From NCBI RefSeq assembly GCF_023238205.1, contig NZ_CP096659.1, positions 1,791,626 through 1,815,625 on the forward strand: a DNA stretch of 24,000 nt, given 5' to 3'. Every line of letters begins with the position of its first letter. Within the stretch, counting starts at the first letter, position 1. This DNA is from Halorussus limi (GTDB taxonomy: Archaea > Halobacteriota > Halobacteria > Halobacteriales > Haladaptataceae). The notes below the pieces were generated by a model. It saw only the letters and a program-made list of their open reading frames with translations. It had not been told where the DNA came from and ran no database searches. Below are positions 14,446-22,050 of this stretch, piece after piece. The position numbers were made by a program, and so were the translations under genes.

Positions 14446-14492
14446 CTTCCGAGCAAGCGAAGAGGCCCTGGGTTCAAATCCCAGCGAGTCCA
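14446..14492 (+). tRNA. Partial tRNA: 3' portion of a tRNA-Ala-like gene (corrupted anticodon arm, variable loop, T-arm, acceptor 3' strand). Putative attR.
   Basis: The sequence AGGCC CTGGG TTCAAAT CCCAG CGAGTCC A reads as variable loop, perfect 5-bp T-stem, canonical T-loop and acceptor 3' strand. The T at position 70 would give the G3:U70 Ala identity pair with a GGGCTCG 5' strand; A73 is the discriminator. Upstream, CTTCC GAGCAAG CGAAG is a damaged anticodon arm. No D-arm or 5' acceptor strand occurs upstream, so this is not a complete gene. Confidence 0.6.
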
Positions 14493-14526
14493 CTTCTTTC
14501 GGCTCACTTCGTTCGCTCCAGTCGAC

Positions 14527-14579
14527 GGACTCGCTGACCTTCGCGAACGGACCGTATTCGCTTGATTCTAGCGAGTCCA
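14527..14579 (+). pseudogene. Possible second, heavily decayed tRNA-Ala-like remnant
   Basis: GGACTCG ... CCTTCGCGAA ... TTGATTCTAG CGAGTCC A. The 7-nt ends pair perfectly as an acceptor stem. AGCGAGTCCAC is an exact 11-bp repeat of 14484-14494. The internal sequence resembles an Ala anticodon-loop region, but the D-arm and T-loop are missing or degenerate. Confidence 0.3.
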
Positions 14580-14791
14580 CGAGATTTTCGCGACGCAACG
14601 ACGAGTGTTCGCGATTTCTCGCAGTTATCCGCTCACTGTCTTGCGGTTAGAGAGAATTGCGGATTTCCGACTACTGACCGCGCCTCCTCGTTTGGCCGAC
14701 CGTGTTCTTCCTCGACGAGGACGGCGACTGTTGCCAACCGGGCACTGACTTATCACAAACCTTCTTTTTCCTCGCATCTCCGTACAGCGAT

Positions 14792-15250
14792 ATGAGCGAC
14801 TTCCTTGCCTTCGTCGCACTCCTGTGGTTCATCCTCGCGGTCGCAGTAGCGTTCCACGCAACGGGTCACGACCGGAGCGGACTGCTCTGGTTCGTTATCG
14901 TGTTTCTCACAGGCATCTTTGGCGTCGTGTTCTACCTGCTGGCGATTACCAGCGGGTCGCCAAACGAATCCACCGAACACATCCCCGACAGTGGCCCGAC
15001 AGCTCGCGACTTCGAGCAACGAGTCCGCAATCAGGAAGCCCTGTTTCTCGTCGTCGAGGAACACCTCCGTAACCACGGCGTCGTCACGAAGACAGGATTT
15101 CAGAACACGATTTACCCTAAACACCCGGTCGGGTACGAGTCCGAGAGCAACTGGTGGAACGAGTTCCTGCTTCCCGAACTCGAAAGCAGGGAGCAGTTCG
15201 AGCGGATGGACGGTATCGAAAACGGCTGGAAACTGGCGAACGACGACTAA
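14792..15250 (+). CDS. Small membrane protein with an N-terminal two-helix (PLD-N-terminal-like) domain and a soluble C-terminal region
   Basis: 152 aa from the ATG at 14792. MSDFLAFVALLWFILAVAVAFHATGHDRSGLLWFVIVFLTGIFGVVFYLLAI gives two TM helices. The GTG-start extension in the track is unconvincing. Confidence 0.55.
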   Translation: MSDFLAFVALLWFILAVAVAFHATGHDRSGLLWFVIVFLTGIFGVVFYLLAITSGSPNESTEHIPDSGPTARDFEQRVRNQEALFLVVEEHLRNHGVVTKTGFQNTIYPKHPVGYESESNWWNEFLLPELESREQFERMDGIENGWKLANDD

Positions 15251-15302
15251 TTGCGAAATACATCACGCCGTGGGGTGTCCGTCGGCGGGTCGGGCTATCG
15301 CG

Positions 15303-17861
15303 TCACTCCGAGTTCAGGCCGGTTCTAAAGCGCGTGAACACGTTCCCCAGACCCTTCGTTCCGCTTCCGCGGCCGTTGCCCACTCGGGACCGCCCCGGCG
15401 TGAGCGGGGAGTCGGTGACGCTCCCGGTCCGCTCGACCGACAGCGTCGCCTTCGGACCGTCCCGCCCGACGGTGAGTTCGTAGTCGCCCGCCTCGACGAC
15501 TTTCGGTCGGAGCGCCAGCACGTCGTCGGGGACGACTTCGAGCGCCGAGAGGTAGAGGTCGACTTCGACGCGTTTCGTCTCCCCGGCGTCGAGCGACACG
15601 CGCTCGAAGCCCAGCAGTCGGCGCTTGGGCTGGAGGACCGACCCGTACGACTGGGTGTTGTACACCTCGACGACGTGGTCTCCCGCGACGTTGCCCGCGT
15701 TGGTAACGTCCACGCGAACCGTGGCGCTCGACTGCTTCGACGGGTCCGAGACGCTCCCCGGCGACACCGACGCGTTTCCGTACTCGAAGTCGGCGTACGA
15801 GAGGCCGTGGCCGAACTCGTACAGCGCCGTGTTGTCGCTCCCGCCCGTGCTCGTCGGCGGCGCGCGGTCGTACTGGACCGGCACGGTCCCGACGTTCCGA
15901 GGCCAACTGAACGCGAGTTTGCCCGACGGGTTGTACGCTCCGACGAGCGTGTCGGCGATGGCGACCCCGCCGTCGCTACCGGGCTGGCCCGCGAACAGGA
16001 GCGCGTCGAGAGCGTCGTGGGTCTCGGGCGACCCTAACGGGCTTCCGGCCAGCATGACGCCGACCACGGGCGTGTCGTCTCCGGTCTCCTCGTTCACGAC
16101 GCTCAGAAGTTCCCGCTGGGCGTCGTCGAGTTCGAGGTCGTCTCGGTCGCCGAACCCCTCGTTGTGGGGCCCCTCGCCGAGGACGACCACGACCGCGTCG
16201 GAGTCGGGCGCCGCCGACCGCACGTTCCGCTCCTGCTCGTCGGTGAAGTCGAAGTTCCCGTTCGCGTCGGTCTGGTCGCCCGACCACCAGCGTTCGTTGT
16301 CGAACGACGTCGGGACGTGCGTGACGCTCGAGAACCGGTCGCGGAGTTCGTCGGCGACGAGGGTCTGGCGCGGGAACGGCCCGCCGCCGCTCGGCCCCTG
16401 CCAGCCGAGCGTCCACCCGCCGTGTTGCATCAGCGGCCGGGTGTTGTTGCCGTTCCCGTCGACCCCGGGTCCGGTCAGCAGGACGTCCTCGCTCCCCGAC
16501 AGCGGGAGTACGTCGCCCTCGTTCTTGAGCAGGACGAGCGACTCCTTGGCGAGTCGCTCGGAGGTCTCTCGTGCCCCGCCGAGCGTCTCCGACAGCCGCG
16601 ACTCGTCGACGGTGGGTCGGTCGAACAGTCCGAGGTCGGCCTTGAGCGCGAGAATTCGTCTGACGGCGTCGTCGATGCGCTTGCGCTTGATTTCGCCGCC
16701 TCGAACGAGGTCGACGACGGTTTCGATGAACTCGACCGGGCCGGGCGCGTCGCCGCCGTTTCCGATCATGTACATGTCGACGCCGGCGTTGATGACCTCC
16801 TTGGTCGCCTCCCGGAAGTCGGGCGCGTAGTCGTGGTTGGTCATCAGGCGGTGGATGTCGTCGTAGTCGGAGATGATGACGCCCTCGAACCCGTAGGCCT
16901 CGCGCAGCACCCGCGTCAGCAACCAACTCGACGCGTGGGCCGGTTTCCCGTTGACGGCACCGCTGTTGACCATCACCGTCCCCGGACCGGCGTCGAGCGC
17001 GCTGCGGTACGGCGGCAGGACGTTCGTCCGGAGGTCGCGAAGCGACGTGTCGGCGGGCGCCCTGTCGTTGCCGTTGTTGGGAATCGAGTACCCGGCGAAG
17101 TGCTTGACCGTGGAGGTCAGGCGGTCGGCGCTCTCCAAGGCCTCCACGCGGGCGCGGGACACCTCGCCCTCGATGAGCGGGTCCTCGCTGATTCCCTCGT
17201 AGAACCGGCCCCAGCGGGGGTCGCGCTGGAGGTCGGTCGTCGGTGCGAACGTCCAGTGGGCGCCCATCGCCGCCGTGGACTCGGCGGTGTGTTTCTCGGC
17301 TTCCTTCACCAGGTCGACATCCCGGGCCGCGCCCATGTTCAACCGCTGGGGGAGCGACGTCGCCCCTTCGAGCAGTCCGTTGCCGTGGGTGGCGTCGACG
17401 CCCCAGAGGAACGGGATATCGTGGGGCGCGTTCTCCAGGTTGTACTCCTGAAGCGCGTTGATGCCCTTCACGACCGCGTCCCCGTCGAACGACGGCGGTT
17501 TCGCGCCGCCCGAGAGGATGCTCCCGACGCCGAGTTCGCTGAAGTACGCGCCGACCGTGTCGACGCCGAAACTGTCCGGAACGTTCGGTTCGTCGGGTTC
17601 GGGGTCGAACGAACTGACCGCCACCTGCGTCATCTGGGCGACCTTCTGCTCGAGCGTGAGGTCCCGGAGGTACTTCTCGACGTTCACGCCGGTGCGAGCG
17701 GCGACCTGCTCCGCGCTCGCACCCATCGCCGCGCTCCCCGCGGCGGCCCCCGCGGCCTTCATGAACGTCCGTCGGGATGCCTTCGTCGGCGGCGCGTCCT
17801 CACTCGCCGAGCGTCGAGAGTCGTTCTGTTCACTTTCGGTGTCGTCGGAATACTCGGACAT
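15303..17861 (-). CDS. Secreted glycoside hydrolase family 3 (beta-glucosidase/beta-xylosidase-like) with a Tat signal
   Basis: 852-aa ORF. It has a twin-arginine signal (SRRTFMKAAGAAAGSA) and GH3 motifs (VDATHGNG, KHFAGYS, GFEGVIISDYDDI). The C-terminal part is Fn3-like. Composition is acidic. Confidence 0.9.
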   Translation of the reverse strand: MSEYSDDTESEQNDSRRSASEDAPPTKASRRTFMKAAGAAAGSAAMGASAEQVAARTGVNVEKYLRDLTLEQKVAQMTQVAVSSFDPEPDEPNVPDSFGVDTVGAYFSELGVGSILSGGAKPPSFDGDAVVKGINALQEYNLENAPHDIPFLWGVDATHGNGLLEGATSLPQRLNMGAARDVDLVKEAEKHTAESTAAMGAHWTFAPTTDLQRDPRWGRFYEGISEDPLIEGEVSRARVEALESADRLTSTVKHFAGYSIPNNGNDRAPADTSLRDLRTNVLPPYRSALDAGPGTVMVNSGAVNGKPAHASSWLLTRVLREAYGFEGVIISDYDDIHRLMTNHDYAPDFREATKEVINAGVDMYMIGNGGDAPGPVEFIETVVDLVRGGEIKRKRIDDAVRRILALKADLGLFDRPTVDESRLSETLGGARETSERLAKESLVLLKNEGDVLPLSGSEDVLLTGPGVDGNGNNTRPLMQHGGWTLGWQGPSGGGPFPRQTLVADELRDRFSSVTHVPTSFDNERWWSGDQTDANGNFDFTDEQERNVRSAAPDSDAVVVVLGEGPHNEGFGDRDDLELDDAQRELLSVVNEETGDDTPVVGVMLAGSPLGSPETHDALDALLFAGQPGSDGGVAIADTLVGAYNPSGKLAFSWPRNVGTVPVQYDRAPPTSTGGSDNTALYEFGHGLSYADFEYGNASVSPGSVSDPSKQSSATVRVDVTNAGNVAGDHVVEVYNTQSYGSVLQPKRRLLGFERVSLDAGETKRVEVDLYLSALEVVPDDVLALRPKVVEAGDYELTVGRDGPKATLSVERTGSVTDSPLTPGRSRVGNGRGSGTKGLGNVFTRFRTGLNSE

Positions 17862-18023
17862 ACAGTATTAATCAATAAACACTCGAACACGAATTAATAT
17901 TTTGTAACTAAATGTGATACGAAACGGTCGCGGAGCGAACCTCGCCCGAACCGCTCCCCCGGTCGCGAGCGCGATGACTGGCGGGTCTGGACGGCGTCAG
18001 ACGAGCGTCATACGCCGAAACAC

Positions 18024-18035
18024 AGGGTTTACCAC
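18024..18035 (+). promoter_or_regulatory. Promoter element AGGGTTTACCAC (TATA-like TTTA 31 nt upstream of ATG 18059)
   Basis: An identical 12-mer with identical spacing is found upstream of the 19187 gene. The spacing fits leaderless or short-leader haloarchaeal transcripts. Confidence 0.5.
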
Positions 18036-18058
18036 GGATGAACGTAAGGAACAGCACA

Positions 18059-19096
18059 ATGAGTATCAGGTGTTCGCTCCTCGGCCACAGCTACGGGGAC
18101 GCAGAAATCGAACGGGAACGCGAGGAGCAGGGAAGCGAAGTCGTGGTCACGGTCAGGGAGTTCGAGGAGTGCGAACGGTGCGGCGAGCGCAAGATAGTGA
18201 CCGAGAACAAGGAGGTCACCGCGCTCCAGTCGCCAGCGCCCGACCTCGAATCCGCCGAGTCCGACTCCGGGATGGGGTCCCGGTCCGGCGAGTCGGGGGC
18301 GACCGGCGCGACCGGACCGAGCGCGGGCGCGACGACCGACGCGACCGTGGGCGTCGAGACCGGTGGGGCAACCGACGCCGAAGTCACCGCGGCGGGCGAG
18401 GACGACGCCGAAATCATGACCGACTCGACCGACTCCGGGGGCGCGTCCGCCTCGTCGTCGGGCGGGTCGGCGTCCGGCGGGGCGTCCGCGGCGGACGCGT
18501 CGACCGGGTCCGCGTCGAGCGACACCGCCGAGACCGGGGGCGAGGCGGCCACCGCCGAGGGCGACTTCGAGCAGGCCCCGTCGGCCGCGGACGACGACGG
18601 CGTCATCTTGGACGACGACGCCGAGAGCGACGCCGAGAGTCGCACGCCCGGTGAGTGGCCCGAGGCCGAGACGACCCATCCGGCCGAGACCGACGAGGGT
18701 CCCGGCGAGTGGCCCGCGGTCGGCCGCGAGGACGAAGACGAGGGGTACGACGCCGACCCCGACGGTTCCGGGAGCGCGGACGTGGAGTTCGGCGGCGGAC
18801 TGACCCCCGAGTCCGCGCCCGGGGTGGACGACGGCGAGACCGAGGAAGTCGAGTTCGTCAACGCCGAGGGCGACGCGCTCCAGTCGAAAGACGCCGGCGA
18901 GAACGGCGGCCAACTCTCGTCGGGCATCTCGGCCGGCGCGGACGCGCCCTCGCTGTCGGGGCCGGCCGACGACCCCGACGTGGACGCCGAGTTCGTCTGC
19001 CCCGAGTGCGACTACAGACAGGACGTGGCCGGGTCGTCGCTCCGGGCGGGCGACATCTGCCCCGAGTGCGCGAGGGGCTACCTCGCACAGGAGTAG
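18059..19096 (+). CDS. Zinc-ribbon protein with a long acidic low-complexity linker
   Basis: Start set at the ATG at 18059 (MSIRCSLLGH). The N-terminus carries C..H...CERCG and the C-terminus carries CPECD...CPECARG. They are separated by a ~230-aa D/E/S/G/A-rich region. Confidence 0.7.
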   Translation: MSIRCSLLGHSYGDAEIEREREEQGSEVVVTVREFEECERCGERKIVTENKEVTALQSPAPDLESAESDSGMGSRSGESGATGATGPSAGATTDATVGVETGGATDAEVTAAGEDDAEIMTDSTDSGGASASSSGGSASGGASAADASTGSASSDTAETGGEAATAEGDFEQAPSAADDDGVILDDDAESDAESRTPGEWPEAETTHPAETDEGPGEWPAVGREDEDEGYDADPDGSGSADVEFGGGLTPESAPGVDDGETEEVEFVNAEGDALQSKDAGENGGQLSSGISAGADAPSLSGPADDPDVDAEFVCPECDYRQDVAGSSLRAGDICPECARGYLAQE

Positions 19097-19151
19097 GGAG
19101 ACGGATTAAACGGGACGAAGCGTCGGATTCAAGAGGAAGAACGACGCGAAA

Positions 19152-19163
19152 AGGGTTTACCAC
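19152..19163 (+). promoter_or_regulatory. Promoter element AGGGTTTACCAC (TTTA 31 nt upstream of ATG 19187)
   Basis: Exact repeat of 18024-18035 with the same distance to the start codon. Confidence 0.5.
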
Positions 19164-19186
19164 ACCCTGTCCAAAGGGAGATTACC

Positions 19187-19582
19187 ATGAAGGAATACAA
19201 GATGCGACGCGGCGAACATCTGGAGGACCGCATCCCGGACATGGAGGCGAAAGTCGAGGAGTACTTCGGCGAAGTCACCGGAACCGAGGAGCACAACGGC
19301 CACGACCTCTACGTCGTCGAGGACCCCGACAACCCGGTCTTCGACCGCATCCTCGCGGGCGTCGCCGAGTACAGCGGCAAGAAGGACAAACTCGCCGTCC
19401 ACTTCGAGGAGCGCGACGCCGAGGAGGTCATCGCCGAGGGCCACGCCGACGCCGCCGCCGACGCCGTGGACAAGAAGAACGACTTCCTGCTCGAAGCCAC
19501 GGGCCGCGACGCCAAGGCCCGCCGCGAGTCGATGAAGCGGCAGGTCGAGGACGACGCCGAGAAACCCGACGGCGTCTCGTAA
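19187..19582 (+). CDS. Conserved-looking small acidic protein of unknown function
   Basis: 131-aa ORF (MKEYKMRRGEHLEDRIPDMEAKVEEYFG...). It has clean coding composition and a promoter element at the expected distance. Confidence 0.7.
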   Translation: MKEYKMRRGEHLEDRIPDMEAKVEEYFGEVTGTEEHNGHDLYVVEDPDNPVFDRILAGVAEYSGKKDKLAVHFEERDAEEVIAEGHADAAADAVDKKNDFLLEATGRDAKARRESMKRQVEDDAEKPDGVS

Positions 19583-19654
19583 CCGGCCGGTCGGGGATGT
19601 CACTACTTCCTTCTCTTCGATAGCGTTACCTCGCGGCGAACGCTATCTCGACCG

Positions 19655-20068
19655 ATGAACTACGAACTCCGCGAAGCGACGCCCTCGCCCGACGAGTACG
19701 TCGCTCTCCGCGAGGCGGCCGGCATGGGACAGCGGTCCGAAGCGGCCGCCCGGCGCGGCTTGCCGAACAGCCTCCACGCCGTCACGGCCGTCGCGTCGGC
19801 GACCGACCGAGTCGTCGGCATGGGCCGCCTCGTCGGCGACGGCGGGTGCTTCTATCAGATAGTCGACGTTGCGGTCCATCCGGACCATCAGGGCGTCGGT
19901 CTCGAAACGAGAGTGGTGTCGAACCTCCTCGACTACCTCCGGGAGAACGCGCTCGACTCGGCGTACGTGAGCCTGATAGCCGACGTGGACGACTTCTACG
20001 ACCGATTCGGGTTCGAGGCGACGGCCCCCGAATCGAAGGGCATGGCGCTGTCGGTCGGAGACCTGTAG
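19655..20068 (+). CDS. GNAT-family N-acetyltransferase
   Basis: 137 aa. YQIVDVAVHPDHQGVGLETRVVSNLLDYL is the acetyl-CoA binding motif A (Q/RxxGxG/A). The C-terminal FYDRFGFE is typical of the family. Confidence 0.85.
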   Translation: MNYELREATPSPDEYVALREAAGMGQRSEAAARRGLPNSLHAVTAVASATDRVVGMGRLVGDGGCFYQIVDVAVHPDHQGVGLETRVVSNLLDYLRENALDSAYVSLIADVDDFYDRFGFEATAPESKGMALSVGDL

Positions 20069-20101
20069 CGAGAGAGACCGGAACGGACGCGGAGGACGCG
20101 C

Positions 20102-20461
20102 TCAGAAGTGGTCGCTGTTCGGCGACCCCTCGCCGCGGCCGCCGCGGCCGCCCTCGTTGCGGTCGATGCCCATCACGCTCTCGGGTTGGTCGATGTCCCA
20201 CCCGCTGGTGCCGTCCTCGGCGACCCGGACGGTCACGTCCTCGACCTCCTCGAAGTCCTTGGCGAGGTCGAGTTTGATGTTCTGGGCCGTCCGGGGGCTG
20301 ATGGCACACCCCGAGCAGGCGCCGCCCAACTCGACGACGACCTCGCCGCTGTCGGGGTCGGCCGTCTGGACGGCGCTCTCGCCGCCGTGCATGCTGATGA
20401 TGGGCATCTGCCCCGTCAACCACCGCTCGACGCGGTCCTTCAGCGAGTCGTCGTCGGTCAT
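20102..20461 (-). CDS. NifU-like Fe-S cluster assembly domain protein
   Basis: Start set at the ATG at 20461 (MTDDDSLKDRVERWL) to avoid overlap with the upstream gene. LGGACSGCAIS is the NifU C-terminal CxxC motif. Confidence 0.8.
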   Translation of the reverse strand: MTDDDSLKDRVERWLTGQMPIISMHGGESAVQTADPDSGEVVVELGGACSGCAISPRTAQNIKLDLAKDFEEVEDVTVRVAEDGTSGWDIDQPESVMGIDRNEGGRGGRGEGSPNSDHF

Positions 20462-20502
20462 GGTGTAGATGTAGGGTCCGGAGGGGTCGTAGGACTTTGG
20501 GT

Positions 20503-22002
20503 TTATTTCCGGACCCGTCGCCACGCGCCGGCCCCGAGGAGCGCCGCGATTCCGGCGGGGACGCCGAAACCGGGCACTTCGCCGGAGGCCGAGTCGTCGG
20601 ACTCGGTGGTCGCGTCGTCGAGGGCGGCCTCTCCGGTGGTCGCGCTCGTCGTTTCGGTCGTCGCTTCGCCGGTCGTCGTTTCGGTTGCCGTTCCACCGGT
20701 CGTCGTTTCGGTCGCCGTTTCGCCGGTCGTCGTCAGCGACGGCGGGTCCTTCTGTGGGCTGTTGGTGGCGTCCTCTATCGGGAAGGTGTAGAGACCGCCC
20801 TTCCCGTTCGAGCGCCGACCCATGCTACTGGCGACGAAGAACCCGTCGGTCGCGCGCTTGGCGGTCCAGAACGAGGTCTCGTCGGGCATGCGCCACCACG
20901 CCAACTGCTCGGGGTTGGCGGGGTCGGAGATGTCGTGAATCTTCACGCCGCCCTGATACCACGACGTGAACAGGCGGTCGCCCACGATGTCGAAGTTGTG
21001 CGAGGTGGTCCACGTCCCGCCGATGGAGGGGTCGGGCGACGCCGGGGCGTCGATGGTGGCGAGTTTGGTCGGACGCGTCTCGTCCGAGATGTCCCAGAGT
21101 TCCAGACCGCCGGGTCCGCCCCGCTCGCTGGCCTGCCACGCCTCCTTGTTGACGCCGAGGAGATTCCCGTCGTCGCTGGCCATCGCGTAGTGGGCGTTGC
21201 CCGGCAGGCGGAGGACCTCGGTCCGGACGCTGTCGCTCGGAATCGACTGGAGTTCGTCGAGCGGTCTGCCGCCGATTCGCGCCACGAAACTCGGACTCGC
21301 GGGGTCGCTCACGTCCACGAGGTAGGTTCCGGCGTCCCAGTGAGAGAGGTACGCCCGGCCCTTCTGGACCCACACGTCGTGAATCGTCCAGACGCTCGTC
21401 GGCACCTCGTTCCACCCCGGCCGCCGGTCGGCGGGCGACCACCGACCGACCTCCTCGGGACTGTCCCCGCTCACGTCCACCATCACGAGCGCGTTCGTCT
21501 CGCCCTGATTCCCGGTCAGGTAGACGATTCCGTCCCGAACGAAGCAGTTGTGAATCGGGAACTGCGTCTCGTGGAACGCGACCTGCGTCGGGTTCGCCGG
21601 GTCGCTCACGTCGAAGAGCGCGAACCCCTGCAACACGTCGCCCTGCATCGGATTCGCGGGCCCCGCGGCGACCAGACGGTCGCCCTCGACCTTCACGTCC
21701 TGAATCATGCGGAGCGGCCCGGTCTCGCGGTCGGCCAACAGGCCAGCGCGTTCGGCGACCACCGTGGGGTCGCTCGGAATCTGCACGTCCACGACCGCGA
21801 ACCCGTCCATCGTGGCGACGTAGGCGAACTTTCCGCTCCGGTCGGGAACCGCCTCCTTCGCGTTCGCTATCGAGACGCTCCCCAGCGGCCGGTACGGTCC
21901 CGGATGCGCCGTCGTCGTCTCCGCCGCCATCCCCGCTCCGACTCCGGCGGAAGCGAGCGCGACCGACCCCGAAACCCCCCGCAGAAACTCGCGCCGATGC
22001 AT
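20503..22002 (-). CDS. LVIVD-repeat surface protein with Tat signal, Thr-rich linker and PGF-CTERM anchor
   Basis: 499 aa. Features: Tat signal MHRREFLRG; repeated hydrophobic-DVSDPxxP units (FAVVDVQIPSDP, FALFDVSDPANP, YLVDVSDPASP, VKIHDISDPANP); the linker TTTGETATETTTGGTATETTTGEATTE; and the terminal PGFGVPAGIAALLGAGAWRRVRK. Confidence 0.85.
   Translation of the reverse strand: MHRREFLRGVSGSVALASAGVGAGMAAETTTAHPGPYRPLGSVSIANAKEAVPDRSGKFAYVATMDGFAVVDVQIPSDPTVVAERAGLLADRETGPLRMIQDVKVEGDRLVAAGPANPMQGDVLQGFALFDVSDPANPTQVAFHETQFPIHNCFVRDGIVYLTGNQGETNALVMVDVSGDSPEEVGRWSPADRRPGWNEVPTSVWTIHDVWVQKGRAYLSHWDAGTYLVDVSDPASPSFVARIGGRPLDELQSIPSDSVRTEVLRLPGNAHYAMASDDGNLLGVNKEAWQASERGGPGGLELWDISDETRPTKLATIDAPASPDPSIGGTWTTSHNFDIVGDRLFTSWYQGGVKIHDISDPANPEQLAWWRMPDETSFWTAKRATDGFFVASSMGRRSNGKGGLYTFPIEDATNSPQKDPPSLTTTGETATETTTGGTATETTTGEATTETTSATTGEAALDDATTESDDSASGEVPGFGVPAGIAALLGAGAWRRVRK
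20644..20733. repeat. 27-bp tandem repeat (3.3 units) encoding the Thr-rich linker
   Basis: Units at 20644-20670, 20671-20697 and 20698-20724, plus a partial unit. Consensus on the plus strand: GGTCGTCGTTTCGGTYGCCGTTYCRCC. Confidence 0.8.
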
Positions 22003-22050
22003 GGACGGACGAAAGGTCTACAGAAGGATAAAAGGGTGGGCGGACTCGGA

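Larger units (their letters stand above)
1..14492. mobile_element. Integrated genetic element, right-hand portion. Tyrosine-integrase type, ending at a tRNA-Ala-like 3' fragment. Left boundary is not in the window.
   Basis: An intact integrase lies at the right edge, directly followed by a tRNA T-arm/acceptor fragment. GC is lower and mosaic compared with ~70% GC host genes to the right. Cargo consists of replication, nuclease and homing-endonuclease genes. No capsid or packaging genes were recognised. Confidence 0.65.

Noticed and set aside
14320-14492. A complete tRNA gene, possibly intron-containing, next to the integrase
   Set aside because: I tried to fold it. The required 5' acceptor strand (GGGCTCG or a GU variant) and a D-arm are absent upstream, and the anticodon loop lacks U33. 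Only the 3' part is tRNA-like. The ORFs at 14244-14507 and 14248-14598 are just translations of this region.
15325-17897. Several 190-577-aa ORFs (15325-15906, 15625-16830, 15976-16926, 16164-17897, 14919-16037) overlapping the GH3 gene
   Set aside because: All are Arg/Pro/Gly/Ser-rich alternate-frame or antisense translations of the GH3 coding sequence. Only the 852-aa minus-strand frame has family motifs, a Tat signal and an acidic halophile composition.
17914-19623. Arg-rich ORFs (17914-18654, 18655-19623, 18029-18913, 18091-18927) overlapping the zinc-ribbon and small acidic genes
   Set aside because: They are alternate frames of GAC/GAG/GCC-rich acidic coding sequence. They have no motifs and an implausible composition for a halophile.
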